Both the position numbers and the translations under genes were made by a program. The notes beneath the pieces are model-generated. The model saw only the letters and a program-made list of their open reading frames with translations. It had not been told where the DNA came from and did not search any database. Source: Candidatus Omnitrophota bacterium (GTDB taxonomy: Bacteria; Omnitrophota; Gorgyraeia; JABMRG01). Taken from it: a stretch of DNA of 64,000 bases. Every line of letters begins with the position of its first letter. The stretch's first letter is position 1. Shown here one piece after another: positions 42,110 to 53,400 of the stretch. The DNA lies in the NCBI GenBank assembly GCA_028716165.1, contig JAQUQI010000008.1, forward strand, positions 1,919 through 65,918, in the 5' to 3' direction.

Positions 42110-45100
42110 TTACTTCGTATATTCCTGTATAGGCTTTACGACAAAGCTTTCGTTTATTATAGACTCTATACCGTTAACAGCCGCCCTGGCGCCTTGTATA
42201 GTGGTAATGCAGGGGACGTCATTTACAACGGCGAGCTGTCGTATCTGTTTCATATCAGAACGGCCCTTTAAGCCTGAAGGGGTATTGATTATGAGGGATA
42301 TATCACCTTTTTTTATGAGCTCTAATATGTCAGACCTCCCCTGGGAAACCTTTAGCAATACCCGGGATTCAATACCGCCGGAGTCCAGGACATTAGCAGT
42401 ACCCGATGTGGCAAAAATACCAAAACCCATATCCGATAGTTTTTTAGCTATAAAAACAATGCTTCTTTTGTCGTCGTCTTTTACGCTTATAAAAATATTT
42501 CCTTTTGTTGGAAGCATGGAACCGGCGGCTATTTGAGACTTATAAAAAGCCATGCCAAATGTTCGGTCTATACCCATAACCTCACCCGTTGATTTCATTT
42601 CGGGACCTAGCGTGATATCAACCCCTGAAAAACGGGAAAACGGAAGAACAGATTCTTTTACCGCAAAATAACCTTTCTGTTTTTGCTCTTTTATGCCGAG
42701 ACAGGCAAGCCTTTCGCCTACCATTACTTTCGCGGCTATTTGGGCAAGCGGCACGCCTGTCGCTTTGCTGACAAACGGCACCGTCCTTGAGGCCCTCGGG
42801 TTCACTTCAAGAATAAATACGGTGTTTTTTTTCACGGCAAATTGCGTATTCATAAGCCCTACCACATTAAGGGCCCTGGCAAGTTCATAAGTGGCTTGTT
42901 TTATTTTATCTATCACATGATCGTTTAACGTGTGCGGAGGCAAGACGCAGGCAGAATCTCCCGAGTGTATGCCCGCCTCTTCTATATGTTCCATTATACC
43001 GGCAATAATTGTCGTATCTTTATCAGACACAGAATCAACATCAACCTCAAGCGCGTCTTCCAGAAAACTATCTATTAAAACAGGGTTATCGCATGATATA
43101 TCTTCTATATTATACATAAATTCCTTGAGTTCGCTTTCATCAAACACAATTTTCATGGAACGCCCGCCTAAAACATATGACGGTCTTACAAGTACCGGAT
43201 ACCCTATCTTTCTGGCTATAGATATGGCCTGGGTGCAAGACGATGCGGAGCCGTTTTCAGGCTGTTTTAAACCAAGTTTTTTAATAAGGCGTGAAAATTT
43301 ATCCCTGTTTTCCGCAGTGTCAATTGATGCAACCGGCGTTCCAATAATGTTTACTCCGCAGGATTCAAGTCGTCTTGCCAGGTTAAGGGGTGTTTGGCCC
43401 CCAAATTGAATTATAACGCCATCCGGCTTTTCTCTCTCGGCGATATTTAATACATCCTCAAAAGCAAGAGGCTCAAAGTAAAGTTTATCGGAAGTATCGT
43501 AATCCGTTGAAACTGTTTCAGGATTGGAATTTACCATTATAGTTTCATACCCTAATTCCCTTAAGGCAAATGATGCGTGGCAGCAGCAATAATCAAATTC
43601 TATACCCTGGCCTATGCGGTTGGGACCGGAGCCCAGGATCATTATCTTCTTTCTGGACCCGGGCAGGGTTTCCGATTCCAGGCCGTATGTAGAATAATAA
43701 TACGGCGTTTGCGCTGTAAATTCAGCGGCGCATGTATCTACAAGATTATATACCGGTTCAATACCTAAATCTTTCCTTAATTTTCGTACCTCGGATTCGC
43801 CGCAGGAAATAATATCGGCGATCTGTCTGTCGCTAAACCCGTATTCTTTTGCCTTTACCATGAGATCCCTGCTCACAGATTTAATATCTTTCGGCAGGTC
43901 TTTTTCAAAATCCGCTATCTGTTTTATATTTTCTATAAACCACGGATCAATACCCGTAAGCCTGTTGATATCTTCTACGGATATCCCTTTTTGAATGGCG
44001 CATTTTATATAAAAGATCCTGGATGAACTGGGGTTTTTAAGCCTTTTGATTATTTCACCTCCCGGCATGTCTATCTTATTATCAAGCCCATTATGACCCG
44101 TCTCAAGGCCCCTGATACCTTTCTGCAGCGCCTCTTTAAACGTCTTGCCTATCGCCATAGTCTCCCCAACAGACTTCATTGATATGCCGAGAGAATCCTC
44201 CGTTTCCGGGAATTTTTCAAAAGTAAACCTCGGGATCTTAACAACGCAATAATCTATTACGGGTTCAAAATACGCCGGGGTCACTTTTGTTATATCATTT
44301 TTTATTTCATCCAGCGTATAGCCTACAGCAAGCTTTGCGGCGAATTTCGCTATGGGAAAGCCGGTGGCCTTGCTTGCCAGCGCCGAACTCCTGGAAACCC
44401 TGGGGTTCATTTCAACTACCACCATCCTGCCGGTCTCGGGGTTAACCGCAAACTGTATGTTTGATCCGCCCGTCTCAACGCCGATCTTTCTTATAATAGC
44501 AATAGCCGCGTCCCTCATTTTCTGATATTCTTTGTCTGTTAATGTCTGAGCGGGGGCAACTGTTATGGAATCCCCTGTGTGCACGCCCATTGGATCCAGG
44601 TTTTCAATAGAGCAGATTATAACTACATTGTCCTTGATGTCTCTCATCACTTCAAGCTCATATTCTTTCCAGCCCATTACGGATTCTTCCACAAGGATCT
44701 CGCTTATCATGCTACTGGCAAGTCCCATACCCGCTATTCTAAAAAATTCTTCTTTCGTTGTAGCAATCCCTCCTCCGGTACCGCCAAGAGTAAAACTTGG
44801 CCTTACGACAAGGGGCAAGCCTATTTCAGCCATTGCCTTTTCCGCCTCAGCCATATTATATGCCAAACAGCTTTCCGGAAGATCAAGTCCGATTTCCTGC
44901 ATGGCAAGTTTGAAAAATTTCCTGTCCTCCGATTTTTTTATTACCTCATAATCCGCACCGAGGATTTTTATATTATATTCATCCAATACGCCTGATTCCT
45001 TCAGCTTCATTGCCGCATTAAGGGCTGTCTGACCGCCCAATGTGGGCAAAAGCGCGTCCGGGACCTCTTTCTTTATTATCCTGGTTATCACGTCCGGGGT

Positions 45101-45307
45101 GATCGGCTCTATATATGTAGCATCGGCTATTCCGGGATCCGTCATAATAGTCGCTGGGTTTGAATTAACCAGAACAATCTCATAACCTTCCTGTTTTAAT
45201 GCCTTGCATGCCTGCGTCCCGGAATAATCAAATTCACATGCCTGGCTTATTACAATTGGGCCCGAACCAATGATGAGTATCTTTGATATATCGGTCCTCT
45301 TAGGCAT
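42110..45307 (-). CDS. carB: carbamoyl-phosphate synthase large subunit
   Basis: 1065 aa. Duplicated ATP-grasp halves and an MGS-like C-terminus. Confidence 0.95.
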   Translation of the reverse strand: MPKRTDISKILIIGSGPIVISQACEFDYSGTQACKALKQEGYEIVLVNSNPATIMTDPGIADATYIEPITPDVITRIIKKEVPDALLPTLGGQTALNAAMKLKESGVLDEYNIKILGADYEVIKKSEDRKFFKLAMQEIGLDLPESCLAYNMAEAEKAMAEIGLPLVVRPSFTLGGTGGGIATTKEEFFRIAGMGLASSMISEILVEESVMGWKEYELEVMRDIKDNVVIICSIENLDPMGVHTGDSITVAPAQTLTDKEYQKMRDAAIAIIRKIGVETGGSNIQFAVNPETGRMVVVEMNPRVSRSSALASKATGFPIAKFAAKLAVGYTLDEIKNDITKVTPAYFEPVIDYCVVKIPRFTFEKFPETEDSLGISMKSVGETMAIGKTFKEALQKGIRGLETGHNGLDNKIDMPGGEIIKRLKNPSSSRIFYIKCAIQKGISVEDINRLTGIDPWFIENIKQIADFEKDLPKDIKSVSRDLMVKAKEYGFSDRQIADIISCGESEVRKLRKDLGIEPVYNLVDTCAAEFTAQTPYYYSTYGLESETLPGSRKKIMILGSGPNRIGQGIEFDYCCCHASFALRELGYETIMVNSNPETVSTDYDTSDKLYFEPLAFEDVLNIAEREKPDGVIIQFGGQTPLNLARRLESCGVNIIGTPVASIDTAENRDKFSRLIKKLGLKQPENGSASSCTQAISIARKIGYPVLVRPSYVLGGRSMKIVFDESELKEFMYNIEDISCDNPVLIDSFLEDALEVDVDSVSDKDTTIIAGIMEHIEEAGIHSGDSACVLPPHTLNDHVIDKIKQATYELARALNVVGLMNTQFAVKKNTVFILEVNPRASRTVPFVSKATGVPLAQIAAKVMVGERLACLGIKEQKQKGYFAVKESVLPFSRFSGVDITLGPEMKSTGEVMGIDRTFGMAFYKSQIAAGSMLPTKGNIFISVKDDDKRSIVFIAKKLSDMGFGIFATSGTANVLDSGGIESRVLLKVSQGRSDILELIKKGDISLIINTPSGLKGRSDMKQIRQLAVVNDVPCITTIQGARAAVNGIESIINESFVVKPIQEYTK

Positions 45308-46388
45308 TAAATGTTCCTTTCATCATATCAATAAAATTATCAAACAACCCTATAGCGTCATTCGGGCCCGGTCCTGCCTCCGGATGAAACTGCATCGTCA
45401 AAAAACACAGCTTCTTGCTGTATAATCCCTCCGGCGTATTGTCATTAAGATTTATGTGCGTGATCTCAACGTCTGTTCTATGAAGCGAGGCCGGATCAAC
45501 GCAGAAACCGTGGTTCTGGGATGTTATATAACATCTTCCTGTTCTTAGCTCTTTGACAGGGTGGTTTCCTCCGTGATGCCCGAATTTAAGCTTGTAAGTT
45601 TTAGCCCCCAATGCCAGGGCTATTATCTGATGCCCCAGGCATATACCTAATACTGGCAGGCGACCGATGAGCTGCCTTGCCGTTTTTATCGCGTACACAA
45701 CTACCGCCGGATCGCCTGGACCGTTTGAAAAAACCAAACCATCAGGCTTATAAGACAATATCTCATCCTTACTGGAATCTGCGGAAAACACCTTTATGGC
45801 ACAGCCTTTATGTTTAAAGCGCTCTAATATGCTTTTTTTTACGCCGTAATCCAGCACAGCAATCTTGTATCTTCCATCCCGGTTATATATATAGGGTTTT
45901 TTACAGGTTACCTTTTTCACAAGGTCTTTATCTGACAGTCCTGGCGCTAATCTGGCTTTTTCAACCAGGGCTTTTTCACCCGTATCATCCGTTGAAACGG
46001 CTATTTTTATAGCCCCTTCTATTCTTATGAGCTTTGTCAGGGCGCGGGTATCAATCCCCTGCACCCCCAATATATCATGGGCTCTCATATAATCTTCTAA
46101 TGGGCTTTCCGACCTCCAGCAACTGGCAACCGGGCTAAATTCCTTTACCAACAATGCCCGCAAAAAAAAATTGTCTGATTCGCAGTCCTGGCTGTTAATC
46201 CCGCAATTCCCTATCAAGGGATATGTCATCAATACCGCCTGACCCGCGTAAGAAGGATCTGTCATGATTTCCTGATAACCCGTCATACTTGTGTTAAAGA
46301 CCAGTTCCGCGCAGCATTGTCCCGTGGCCCCAAAACTTTTGCCGTAAAAAACCTTTCCATTTTCCAAAGCAACCTTCACTTCTGTCAT
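45300..46388 (-). CDS. carA: carbamoyl-phosphate synthase small (glutaminase) subunit
   Basis: 362 aa. GICLGHQ GATase. Overlaps carB. Confidence 0.95.
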   Translation of the reverse strand: MTEVKVALENGKVFYGKSFGATGQCCAELVFNTSMTGYQEIMTDPSYAGQAVLMTYPLIGNCGINSQDCESDNFFLRALLVKEFSPVASCWRSESPLEDYMRAHDILGVQGIDTRALTKLIRIEGAIKIAVSTDDTGEKALVEKARLAPGLSDKDLVKKVTCKKPYIYNRDGRYKIAVLDYGVKKSILERFKHKGCAIKVFSADSSKDEILSYKPDGLVFSNGPGDPAVVVYAIKTARQLIGRLPVLGICLGHQIIALALGAKTYKLKFGHHGGNHPVKELRTGRCYITSQNHGFCVDPASLHRTDVEITHINLNDNTPEGLYSKKLCFLTMQFHPEAGPGPNDAIGLFDNFIDMMKGTFNA

Positions 46389-46434
46389 GCGACACCTTTT
46401 TATAATTTTTTAGAAAATATCTTCCCGGTGCGCT

Positions 46435-49014
46435 TTATACGGACACCTTGAAGCATAGCATCTTTTGCGAAACTATATCTGATATTATTTTCACATCCGT
46501 GTCGGTAGTATCATACACTTTTATACAGTCCCCGTATTTTTCCGTTCCCGAAATGCTATCGGCAAATACATCCTGGAAACCGTCAAACCATTCCGGGTTA
46601 AAAATAACGCTCTTTTTATGCGTAAAAAGCGCCGCATAAAATATATCGGTCTCAACAAGATCCTGAAAAAAATGCGTTCCGAAAGAAAGTTCGGGCATAA
46701 GGTTGCCTTCCGGGAACGCGACCTCAACCATGACCCTTATATTGCTGATCTCCGAAAAACTCACGGGCACACCCAGAGACGGGGTGCTCGTTCCCCACCT
46801 ACCCGGCCCTATAAGCAAGGCCGCGTTGCGGTATCTGTCTTTTATGGTGGAATTTATTTTGCCTATACTTCTTGCTATGCCGTATTTATCGCTCTGACGA
46901 AGACCGATATAACTTTTCGGTTCCACGTATATTATCTTGTTTATTTTCTGCGATATGTTGCCTCCGATAAAATATCCCTGCGATGAAAACAACATGTTTT
47001 TCGGATTAACATCTTCGGGAACGTTGACCTTTTTAGTGTTACCGTATCTTTGAAGGGGCCGGCATTGCAAAAGATTTATCTTAAAATCGTCTTTCTCCGC
47101 AAAATTCAGCGTAAATTCTATTTCCACAGGGTAGTCGTAACCCTTCTCCAGCGCCTGCATCATGCCTCTAAACGTTTCCGTAAATTTGCTGTCACTTAAA
47201 AGCTTTTTAAAATTTATGATCCAATGCTGTTTTATCCGGCCCGATATGCGCGTGTAACTTTCTTCCAGATCAATATTTCTTTCCGCCACCCTGTTCAAAT
47301 TGTTATATAATCCCGATTCTATTATGTCCGAAAACGCGATGGTTTTTAGGTCATTCGCCTTCGTGTCTATCAAATCAATGTTATGCTGTGAAAATTTGAT
47401 CTCGTCCCCTTTTTCAGAATAAGGCCTGACCAGGGGTTGCGATAAAGCGGCCATAGCAGGGTAGTCGCCGGCAACCCGGTTAACCGCCCTTGTGCCCAGG
47501 CCGCAAACCAGTCTCAACATGCCCGAGGAAGGGTCTATCTTGTCATTCCACACATAAGTATTGTACGAAAGCCCTACACCAGAGACGTCCGGGAAAAAAA
47601 CATCTTTACGCTGTGAACCGGATACCCGCTGGACAAGAAGGGCCATCTGTTCATCAAGCTGGTCAAGCCCGCGGCTCTTCCTATAAATAAGGACGTCTTC
47701 ACCCATTGTGCTTGCGTAGACCTTTTTAACCGCATCAGCGAATTGAATATACCTTTTTTCCGGCGTGCCTTGATTTGCCAAAAACACGCTTTCATATTTA
47801 CCCGCGAAGGCATTGCCAAAACCATCTTCAAGGAGCGAGCTTGAACGCACAATTATCGGGGAAGCGCCAAAATACTCCACAACCTGTTGAAAACTTTCCA
47901 TTATATCCTGTGAAAAAGTTCCGTGGACCATTTTATCCCGCAGGATTTTCGCCATTCCAATATAGCCCTCGGGGGTCTTCTGCGTCATGCGCAGTTTCCA
48001 CAATTGATTCTGGACAATAAAAGAATAAAAAATATCAGATCCTATATAAAAAGAGTCGTGGGGTTCTTCCATACCCGACCAGTTAAGGATCTTGTCTTCC
48101 GACAATATCTTTCTGGCCAATAACATACCCGCCGCCTTGCCTCCTATGAACCCAGTACCGATAACTCTTGATTTGATATCCATTATCTCTCCAAGAGAGA
48201 GATGCTTGACAATAAGATCATGCATGCGCTTGTTTTTCGTAATAAGTATCCTGCAAAGCATATTTACCGTATCCGCGGTTTCTTTGGTGTTCTTTTTAGT
48301 CTTCGCCATTTCACCCGCCTTAATAAACAGTCTGTCCCAATAATCCAGGATTCTCTTGGCGCGAGGTTCTCCCGTTTCCCTGATGTGCGATAATATTCTG
48401 GCTGTGTTTACACTGTCTGTCAGCGGCACAAATTCCTCTCCACGGTGTTGATGGGGCAAAAACATTGTCGGAGAATATCTGTTCCATGCCTTGAGAGGGT
48501 GAAGATATAATTTATTGTCACAGTTGTAAACATCTATCAAAAGCTGTGTTGTCTCCCGTATCCTGGCTATGCTGCCAAAAGAATGGCTGTTCCTTATAAT
48601 TGAAAAATACGCTATGGTTTTTAATTCATACAAATAAGGGCATGATATCATAAAAAAATTGCCTATCATAAGATCCGTCGCCCACGCAGACAGCAAACCT
48701 GAAAGACAGTCAAAAACATAATACGCACCTACGCCATGCCTGGCTATTATACCGTGTACTTTTGCGGAAAAAGACTCAAATCCTTCTCCGGCATCAAGTT
48801 CATAACGTATGATACCGTTCAAAGGCTTGAGGATCTGCTCGTGAGCGGCAAAACGCATATACACGACCGTCTTTTTATCTGCTACGGCTTTTCTGGCAAA
48901 AACTGATGCAAGGAAAATATAATCTTTTATATCATCAATCTGCCAGACAACATTATCGCCTTCCCGCAGTCCCGTTATTATTTTATCTAAACCCTTGATA
49001 CCGGTGCTTAACAT
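46435..49014 (-). CDS. two-domain protein: N-terminal KaiC/RecA-like domain lacking a Walker A P-loop, and C-terminal PPDK_N-type (PEP synthase / pyruvate phosphate dikinase nucleotide-binding ATP-grasp) domain. No phospho-His swivel or PEP-binding domain.
   Basis: 859 aa. The N-terminus LSTGIKGLDKIITGLREGDNVVW resembles the KaiC/RadA GIPGLDxxLGGG start but has no GxxGxGKT. The C-terminal roughly 570 aa carries PPDK_N motifs GFIGGKAAGML, IVRSSSLLEDG, SGVGLSYN, CGLGTRAV and LLQCRPLQ. The ATG overlaps the gltD stop (ccATGTTAAgc) and is preceded by GGGAGG. Confidence 0.6.
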   Translation of the reverse strand: MLSTGIKGLDKIITGLREGDNVVWQIDDIKDYIFLASVFARKAVADKKTVVYMRFAAHEQILKPLNGIIRYELDAGEGFESFSAKVHGIIARHGVGAYYVFDCLSGLLSAWATDLMIGNFFMISCPYLYELKTIAYFSIIRNSHSFGSIARIRETTQLLIDVYNCDNKLYLHPLKAWNRYSPTMFLPHQHRGEEFVPLTDSVNTARILSHIRETGEPRAKRILDYWDRLFIKAGEMAKTKKNTKETADTVNMLCRILITKNKRMHDLIVKHLSLGEIMDIKSRVIGTGFIGGKAAGMLLARKILSEDKILNWSGMEEPHDSFYIGSDIFYSFIVQNQLWKLRMTQKTPEGYIGMAKILRDKMVHGTFSQDIMESFQQVVEYFGASPIIVRSSSLLEDGFGNAFAGKYESVFLANQGTPEKRYIQFADAVKKVYASTMGEDVLIYRKSRGLDQLDEQMALLVQRVSGSQRKDVFFPDVSGVGLSYNTYVWNDKIDPSSGMLRLVCGLGTRAVNRVAGDYPAMAALSQPLVRPYSEKGDEIKFSQHNIDLIDTKANDLKTIAFSDIIESGLYNNLNRVAERNIDLEESYTRISGRIKQHWIINFKKLLSDSKFTETFRGMMQALEKGYDYPVEIEFTLNFAEKDDFKINLLQCRPLQRYGNTKKVNVPEDVNPKNMLFSSQGYFIGGNISQKINKIIYVEPKSYIGLRQSDKYGIARSIGKINSTIKDRYRNAALLIGPGRWGTSTPSLGVPVSFSEISNIRVMVEVAFPEGNLMPELSFGTHFFQDLVETDIFYAALFTHKKSVIFNPEWFDGFQDVFADSISGTEKYGDCIKVYDTTDTDVKIISDIVSQKMLCFKVSV

Positions 49015-50468
49015 GGTCTGCCTCCCGGCCGGCGCTCTTTTCCATTGTTCTTAGTAATAAAATTATTAATTGCCTGCGCACATTTCAAGCCTTCTTCTAT
49101 TGCCCACACGACAAGAGACTGACCTCTTCTCATATCGCCGGCGCAGAATACGGGTTTCTTTGATGTCATATAATCCGGGCCTGTCTTGATATTCCCGCGT
49201 TTATCCATCTCAAGCCCTAAAGAATCAATAAGCGCATTCTTTTCAACCGATACAAAACCGGCCGCTATCAACACTATGTCAGCATCTACCTTAAAATCCG
49301 CGCCGGATATTTCCCTCATAACGGGGCATGAATTCTCACTCTCTTTTGTCCATTCAACTTTCGCGCACAAAAGACCATTGACTCTGCCTGCCGCGGCCTC
49401 AAACGCCTTTGTGGCAATAGACCATCGGCGCAAACACCCCTCCTGATGGCTTGATGAATTTCTTAAAATTAAAGGGTACTTAGGCCATAGGCAGTCTTTA
49501 GTCCTGCAGGCAGGAGGCATAGGCATTATCTCCAACTGTGTAACGCATAAAGCACCTTGCCGGTTAGCGGTGCCTACACAATCGGAACCGGTATCCCCGC
49601 CGCCAATTACTACAACCCTTTTGCCTTTAACATCTATGGGATCCGACTGGTGCCTCTCTCCTAATGCCGTCTTGTTTGCCTGGGAAAGATAATCCATGGC
49701 AAAATATACCCCTTTTAGACCCCTCCCAGGCACGCTTATGTCGCGTGGCACGCGGCAACCGCAGGCAAGACATACGGCATCAAAATCCTTAAGCAGACTA
49801 TCCGCGGCACGGTCAATGCCCATATTTACCTGCGTTTTAAAAAATACGCCTTCTTTTTCCCATAGCTTTATACGTCTATCCAGCACGCTCTTTTCAAGTT
49901 TGAAGTTAGGAATACCGTATCTAAGCAGGCCTCCGGGCTTTTCGTCTCTTTCAAAAACAGTGACGCTGTGTCCCAGCATATTCAACTTTTGTGCGCAAGA
50001 TAATCCTGCCGGGCCAGACCCGACAACAGCTATCTTTTTACCACTCCTGAAACCAACGAGCCTTGGTTTTATAATATCTTTTTCAAATCCGAACTCTGCG
50101 ATACTCAATTCGTTTTCTCTCACAGTCACCGCATCATCGTTAAGACCAAGGACGCAGGAATATTCGCACAAGGAAGGGCATATCCTGCCCGTGACTTCAG
50201 GCATCGGGTTCGTAGCCTGAAGCAACCTAACCGCATGATCCCAGTTACCATTAAAAATCAGCTTATTCCATTCGGGTATAAAATTACCTATCGGACACCC
50301 ATTATGACAAAACGGGGTACCGCAATCCATACAGCGGCGTGCCTGGGCCCTGGAATCATGCTCGTTTCGCATAACGAAAATCTGCTTATAATCTTTAACA
50401 CGTTCGCATACAGGCCTGTATACTGGTTCCTTTCTATATATGCGCATAAACCCTTTATTCTTATCCAT
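49008..50468 (-). CDS. gltD: glutamate synthase (NADPH) small subunit
   Basis: 486 aa. N-terminal Fe-S Cys cluster and two Rossmann motifs (VAVVGSGPAGL, VVVIGGGDTG). Confidence 0.9.
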   Translation of the reverse strand: MDKNKGFMRIYRKEPVYRPVCERVKDYKQIFVMRNEHDSRAQARRCMDCGTPFCHNGCPIGNFIPEWNKLIFNGNWDHAVRLLQATNPMPEVTGRICPSLCEYSCVLGLNDDAVTVRENELSIAEFGFEKDIIKPRLVGFRSGKKIAVVGSGPAGLSCAQKLNMLGHSVTVFERDEKPGGLLRYGIPNFKLEKSVLDRRIKLWEKEGVFFKTQVNMGIDRAADSLLKDFDAVCLACGCRVPRDISVPGRGLKGVYFAMDYLSQANKTALGERHQSDPIDVKGKRVVVIGGGDTGSDCVGTANRQGALCVTQLEIMPMPPACRTKDCLWPKYPLILRNSSSHQEGCLRRWSIATKAFEAAAGRVNGLLCAKVEWTKESENSCPVMREISGADFKVDADIVLIAAGFVSVEKNALIDSLGLEMDKRGNIKTGPDYMTSKKPVFCAGDMRRGQSLVVWAIEEGLKCAQAINNFITKNNGKERRPGGRPC

Positions 50469-50499
50469 TTAAGAACTACGTCCTGTTTGGCGGTTTATC

Positions 50500-53400
50500 T
50501 TATTTCTTATTTTCCAGAATCCTCTTATATTCCATAGGTATAATACGGGAAAATTTATCCATAGCCGATTCTATATCATTAACTAACGACATGGCTATTC
50601 TGCTGTTTGTATATTTATAATGATTTCTTAAAAGATAACAGAAAATATCTTTGTCATCTTCTGTCAGGCGTTCTATTAACACCATATCCATATTACATTT
50701 GTCTTCAAGCCTATTGAGGCTATTAATTACATACGCAATGCCGCCGGACATGCCCGCGGCGAAATTTCTGCCGATACTGCCCAACACAAGAACGCGGCCC
50801 CCTGTCATATATTCACAACCGTGGTCTCCCAAGCCTTCTACAACAGCATATAGGCCTGAATTTCTGATACAAAACCTCTCTCCCGCCACGCCCCTTATAT
50901 ATGCCTCGCCGGATATGGCCCCGTAAAAACACGTATTCCCTGCTATAATATTAGTCTGCGCGCTATAACCGCTGTCATTGCCTGGATATATTATTACCTT
51001 GCCTCCTGAAATACCTTTTCCCACATAATCATTGGCCATACCTTCTAATTCAAAAGTGACACCTTTAACTAAAAAAGCCGCAAAACTCTGGCCGGCAACG
51101 CCTGCAAATCTGAATCTTATTGAATCTTCCAAAAGCGTGCCGTCGCCGTATTGTCTGCATATATGACCACTTAGCATGGCGCCTACGCCTCTGTCCGTAT
51201 TTTTTATCCAAATATCCTCTGAAATAGCTTTTGAATCCGGCACGGAAAGGAACTTATCACACTTTTCTATAAGACATTCGTCTAAACTCTTATCTCTCTC
51301 AATAGGGCCTTTGACTTTTAAACGGACATTTTCCTCAACAGGTCTATAGAGTATTTTCTCTAAATTTACATATTTTGCTTTAAAGTGCCCAATATTGTCC
51401 TCTTTCTCCAGAAGATCACTTCTACCAACCATTTCATTAACCGTCCTAAACCCCAATGACGCCATAATCTCTCTCATCTCTTTTGCTATGAACCTCATAT
51501 AATTTACCACGTATTCCGGTCTTGCGCTAAACCGTTTCTGAAGTATAGGATCCTGTGTTGCGATCCCCGCGGAACAATTGTTAAGATGGCAATGCCTTAA
51601 CATGACGCAACCCATAACAACCAAAACCGCCGTGCAAATGCCGTATTCCTGGGCGCCAAGCATACAGGCTATCGCTATGTCCCTGCCGGTACGTATCTGT
51701 CCGTCCGTCTGGAGAACAACGCGCTGCCTTAATCCGTTGAGCAGAAGTGTCTGATGGGCCTCTGAAAGACCAAGCTCCCACGGTAGACCCGCATGCCTTA
51801 TGGAACTTATAGGAGAGGCGCCGGTACCTCCATCTCCGCCCGATATAAGTACAACATCCGCATGGGCCTTGGCAACCCCTGCCGCAATAGTGCCGACCCC
51901 TATCTCGGAAACAAGCTTAACGCTTATGCGCGCTTTAGGGTTAACGTTTTTAAGATCAAATATAAGCTGTGCCAGATCTTCAATAGAATATATGTCATGA
52001 TGAGGCGGCGGAGATATAAGCGTCACCCCAGGCGTTGTGTATCTCGTCCTCGCGATTATATCACTGACCTTATGGCCCGGAAGCTGGCCCCCTTCACCGG
52101 GTTTTGCACCCTGGGCGATCTTTATCTGTATCTCATCAGCGTTTACAAGATAATTTGTCGTGACCCCGAAACGACCCGATGCGATCTGTTTTATAGCGCT
52201 TCTTTTACTGTCGCCGTTTGGTAAAACAACAAATCTATTGGGGTCCTCCCCGCCCTCTCCAGTATTGGATTTTCCGCCTATCCTGTTCATTGCCATCGCT
52301 ATCGTTTCATGCGCCATACTGCCGATAGAGCCAAAACTCATAGCCCCTGTAGTGAATCTTTTCATTATAGCTTCTTCCAGTTCAACACGTTCTACGGGTA
52401 TCGGGCTACACCTCTTCAACTTAAAAAGACCTCTTATAGTAGTCGGATTTTCTTTTTGGTTATTTATCATCGCAGCGAATTCTTTATACTTCGCGAAATC
52501 GTTATAACGTGCCGCGTATTGCAAGACTGGTATGGTTTTCGGGTTCCACAGATGAAATTCACCGTCTTTTTTCCACTGATATATTCCTCCGCTTGGCAGT
52601 ATTCCCGGGAACGGATCTCTGCCGTTGTATGCTGCGGCATGTCTTGCTATTGTTTCCTGCGCTATCTGCACTATACCTAAACCGCCTATCCTTGACACTG
52701 TCCCCTTAAAGTATCTTTCAATGAATTCATCACAAAGCCCTAACACTTCAAATATCTGCGCACCTCTATAACTTCTCAAAGTGGATATCCCCATTTTTGA
52801 TAATATCTTTAATAAACCGTCTTCCACCGATTTCACGTAATTTTTCTTTGCCTGGGCCGGGCCAGTGGATATAAGCTTTTCCTCCGCCATATACTCCGCG
52901 ATATCATACACAAAATACGGACATATGCAGTCCGCGCCATAACCGAATAAAAGCCCTATATGATGCACTTCCCGCGGTTCCGCGCTCTCCACTATAATAG
53001 AGACCTGCGAACGCACACCTCTGCTCACCAAATACTGATGAATTGCGCTAAGGGACAAAAGTGCCGGCAGCGCTATATTTTGACGTCCGGCGCCCCTATC
53101 GCTTAATATAATAAAAGAATACCCTTGCTCTACGGCATATTCCGATTCAAAACATATCCTGTCCAAGGCATCCGTAAAACCTTTTACACCTGATGAGACG
53201 TCAAAAAAGGTATAGAGCGTCTTTGCCCGAAAGTTATTCGCGTTCACTTCTTTTATCCTGCCGATATCTTCTTTTGAAAGCACTGGGTGGTCTATACTGA
53301 TTTTGCGGCAATGCGAAGGACCGCATTCCAATATATTTTTTTCAGGCCCTACAAAACTTTCAAGCCCCATAACTACATTTTCCCTTATAGAGTCTATGGC

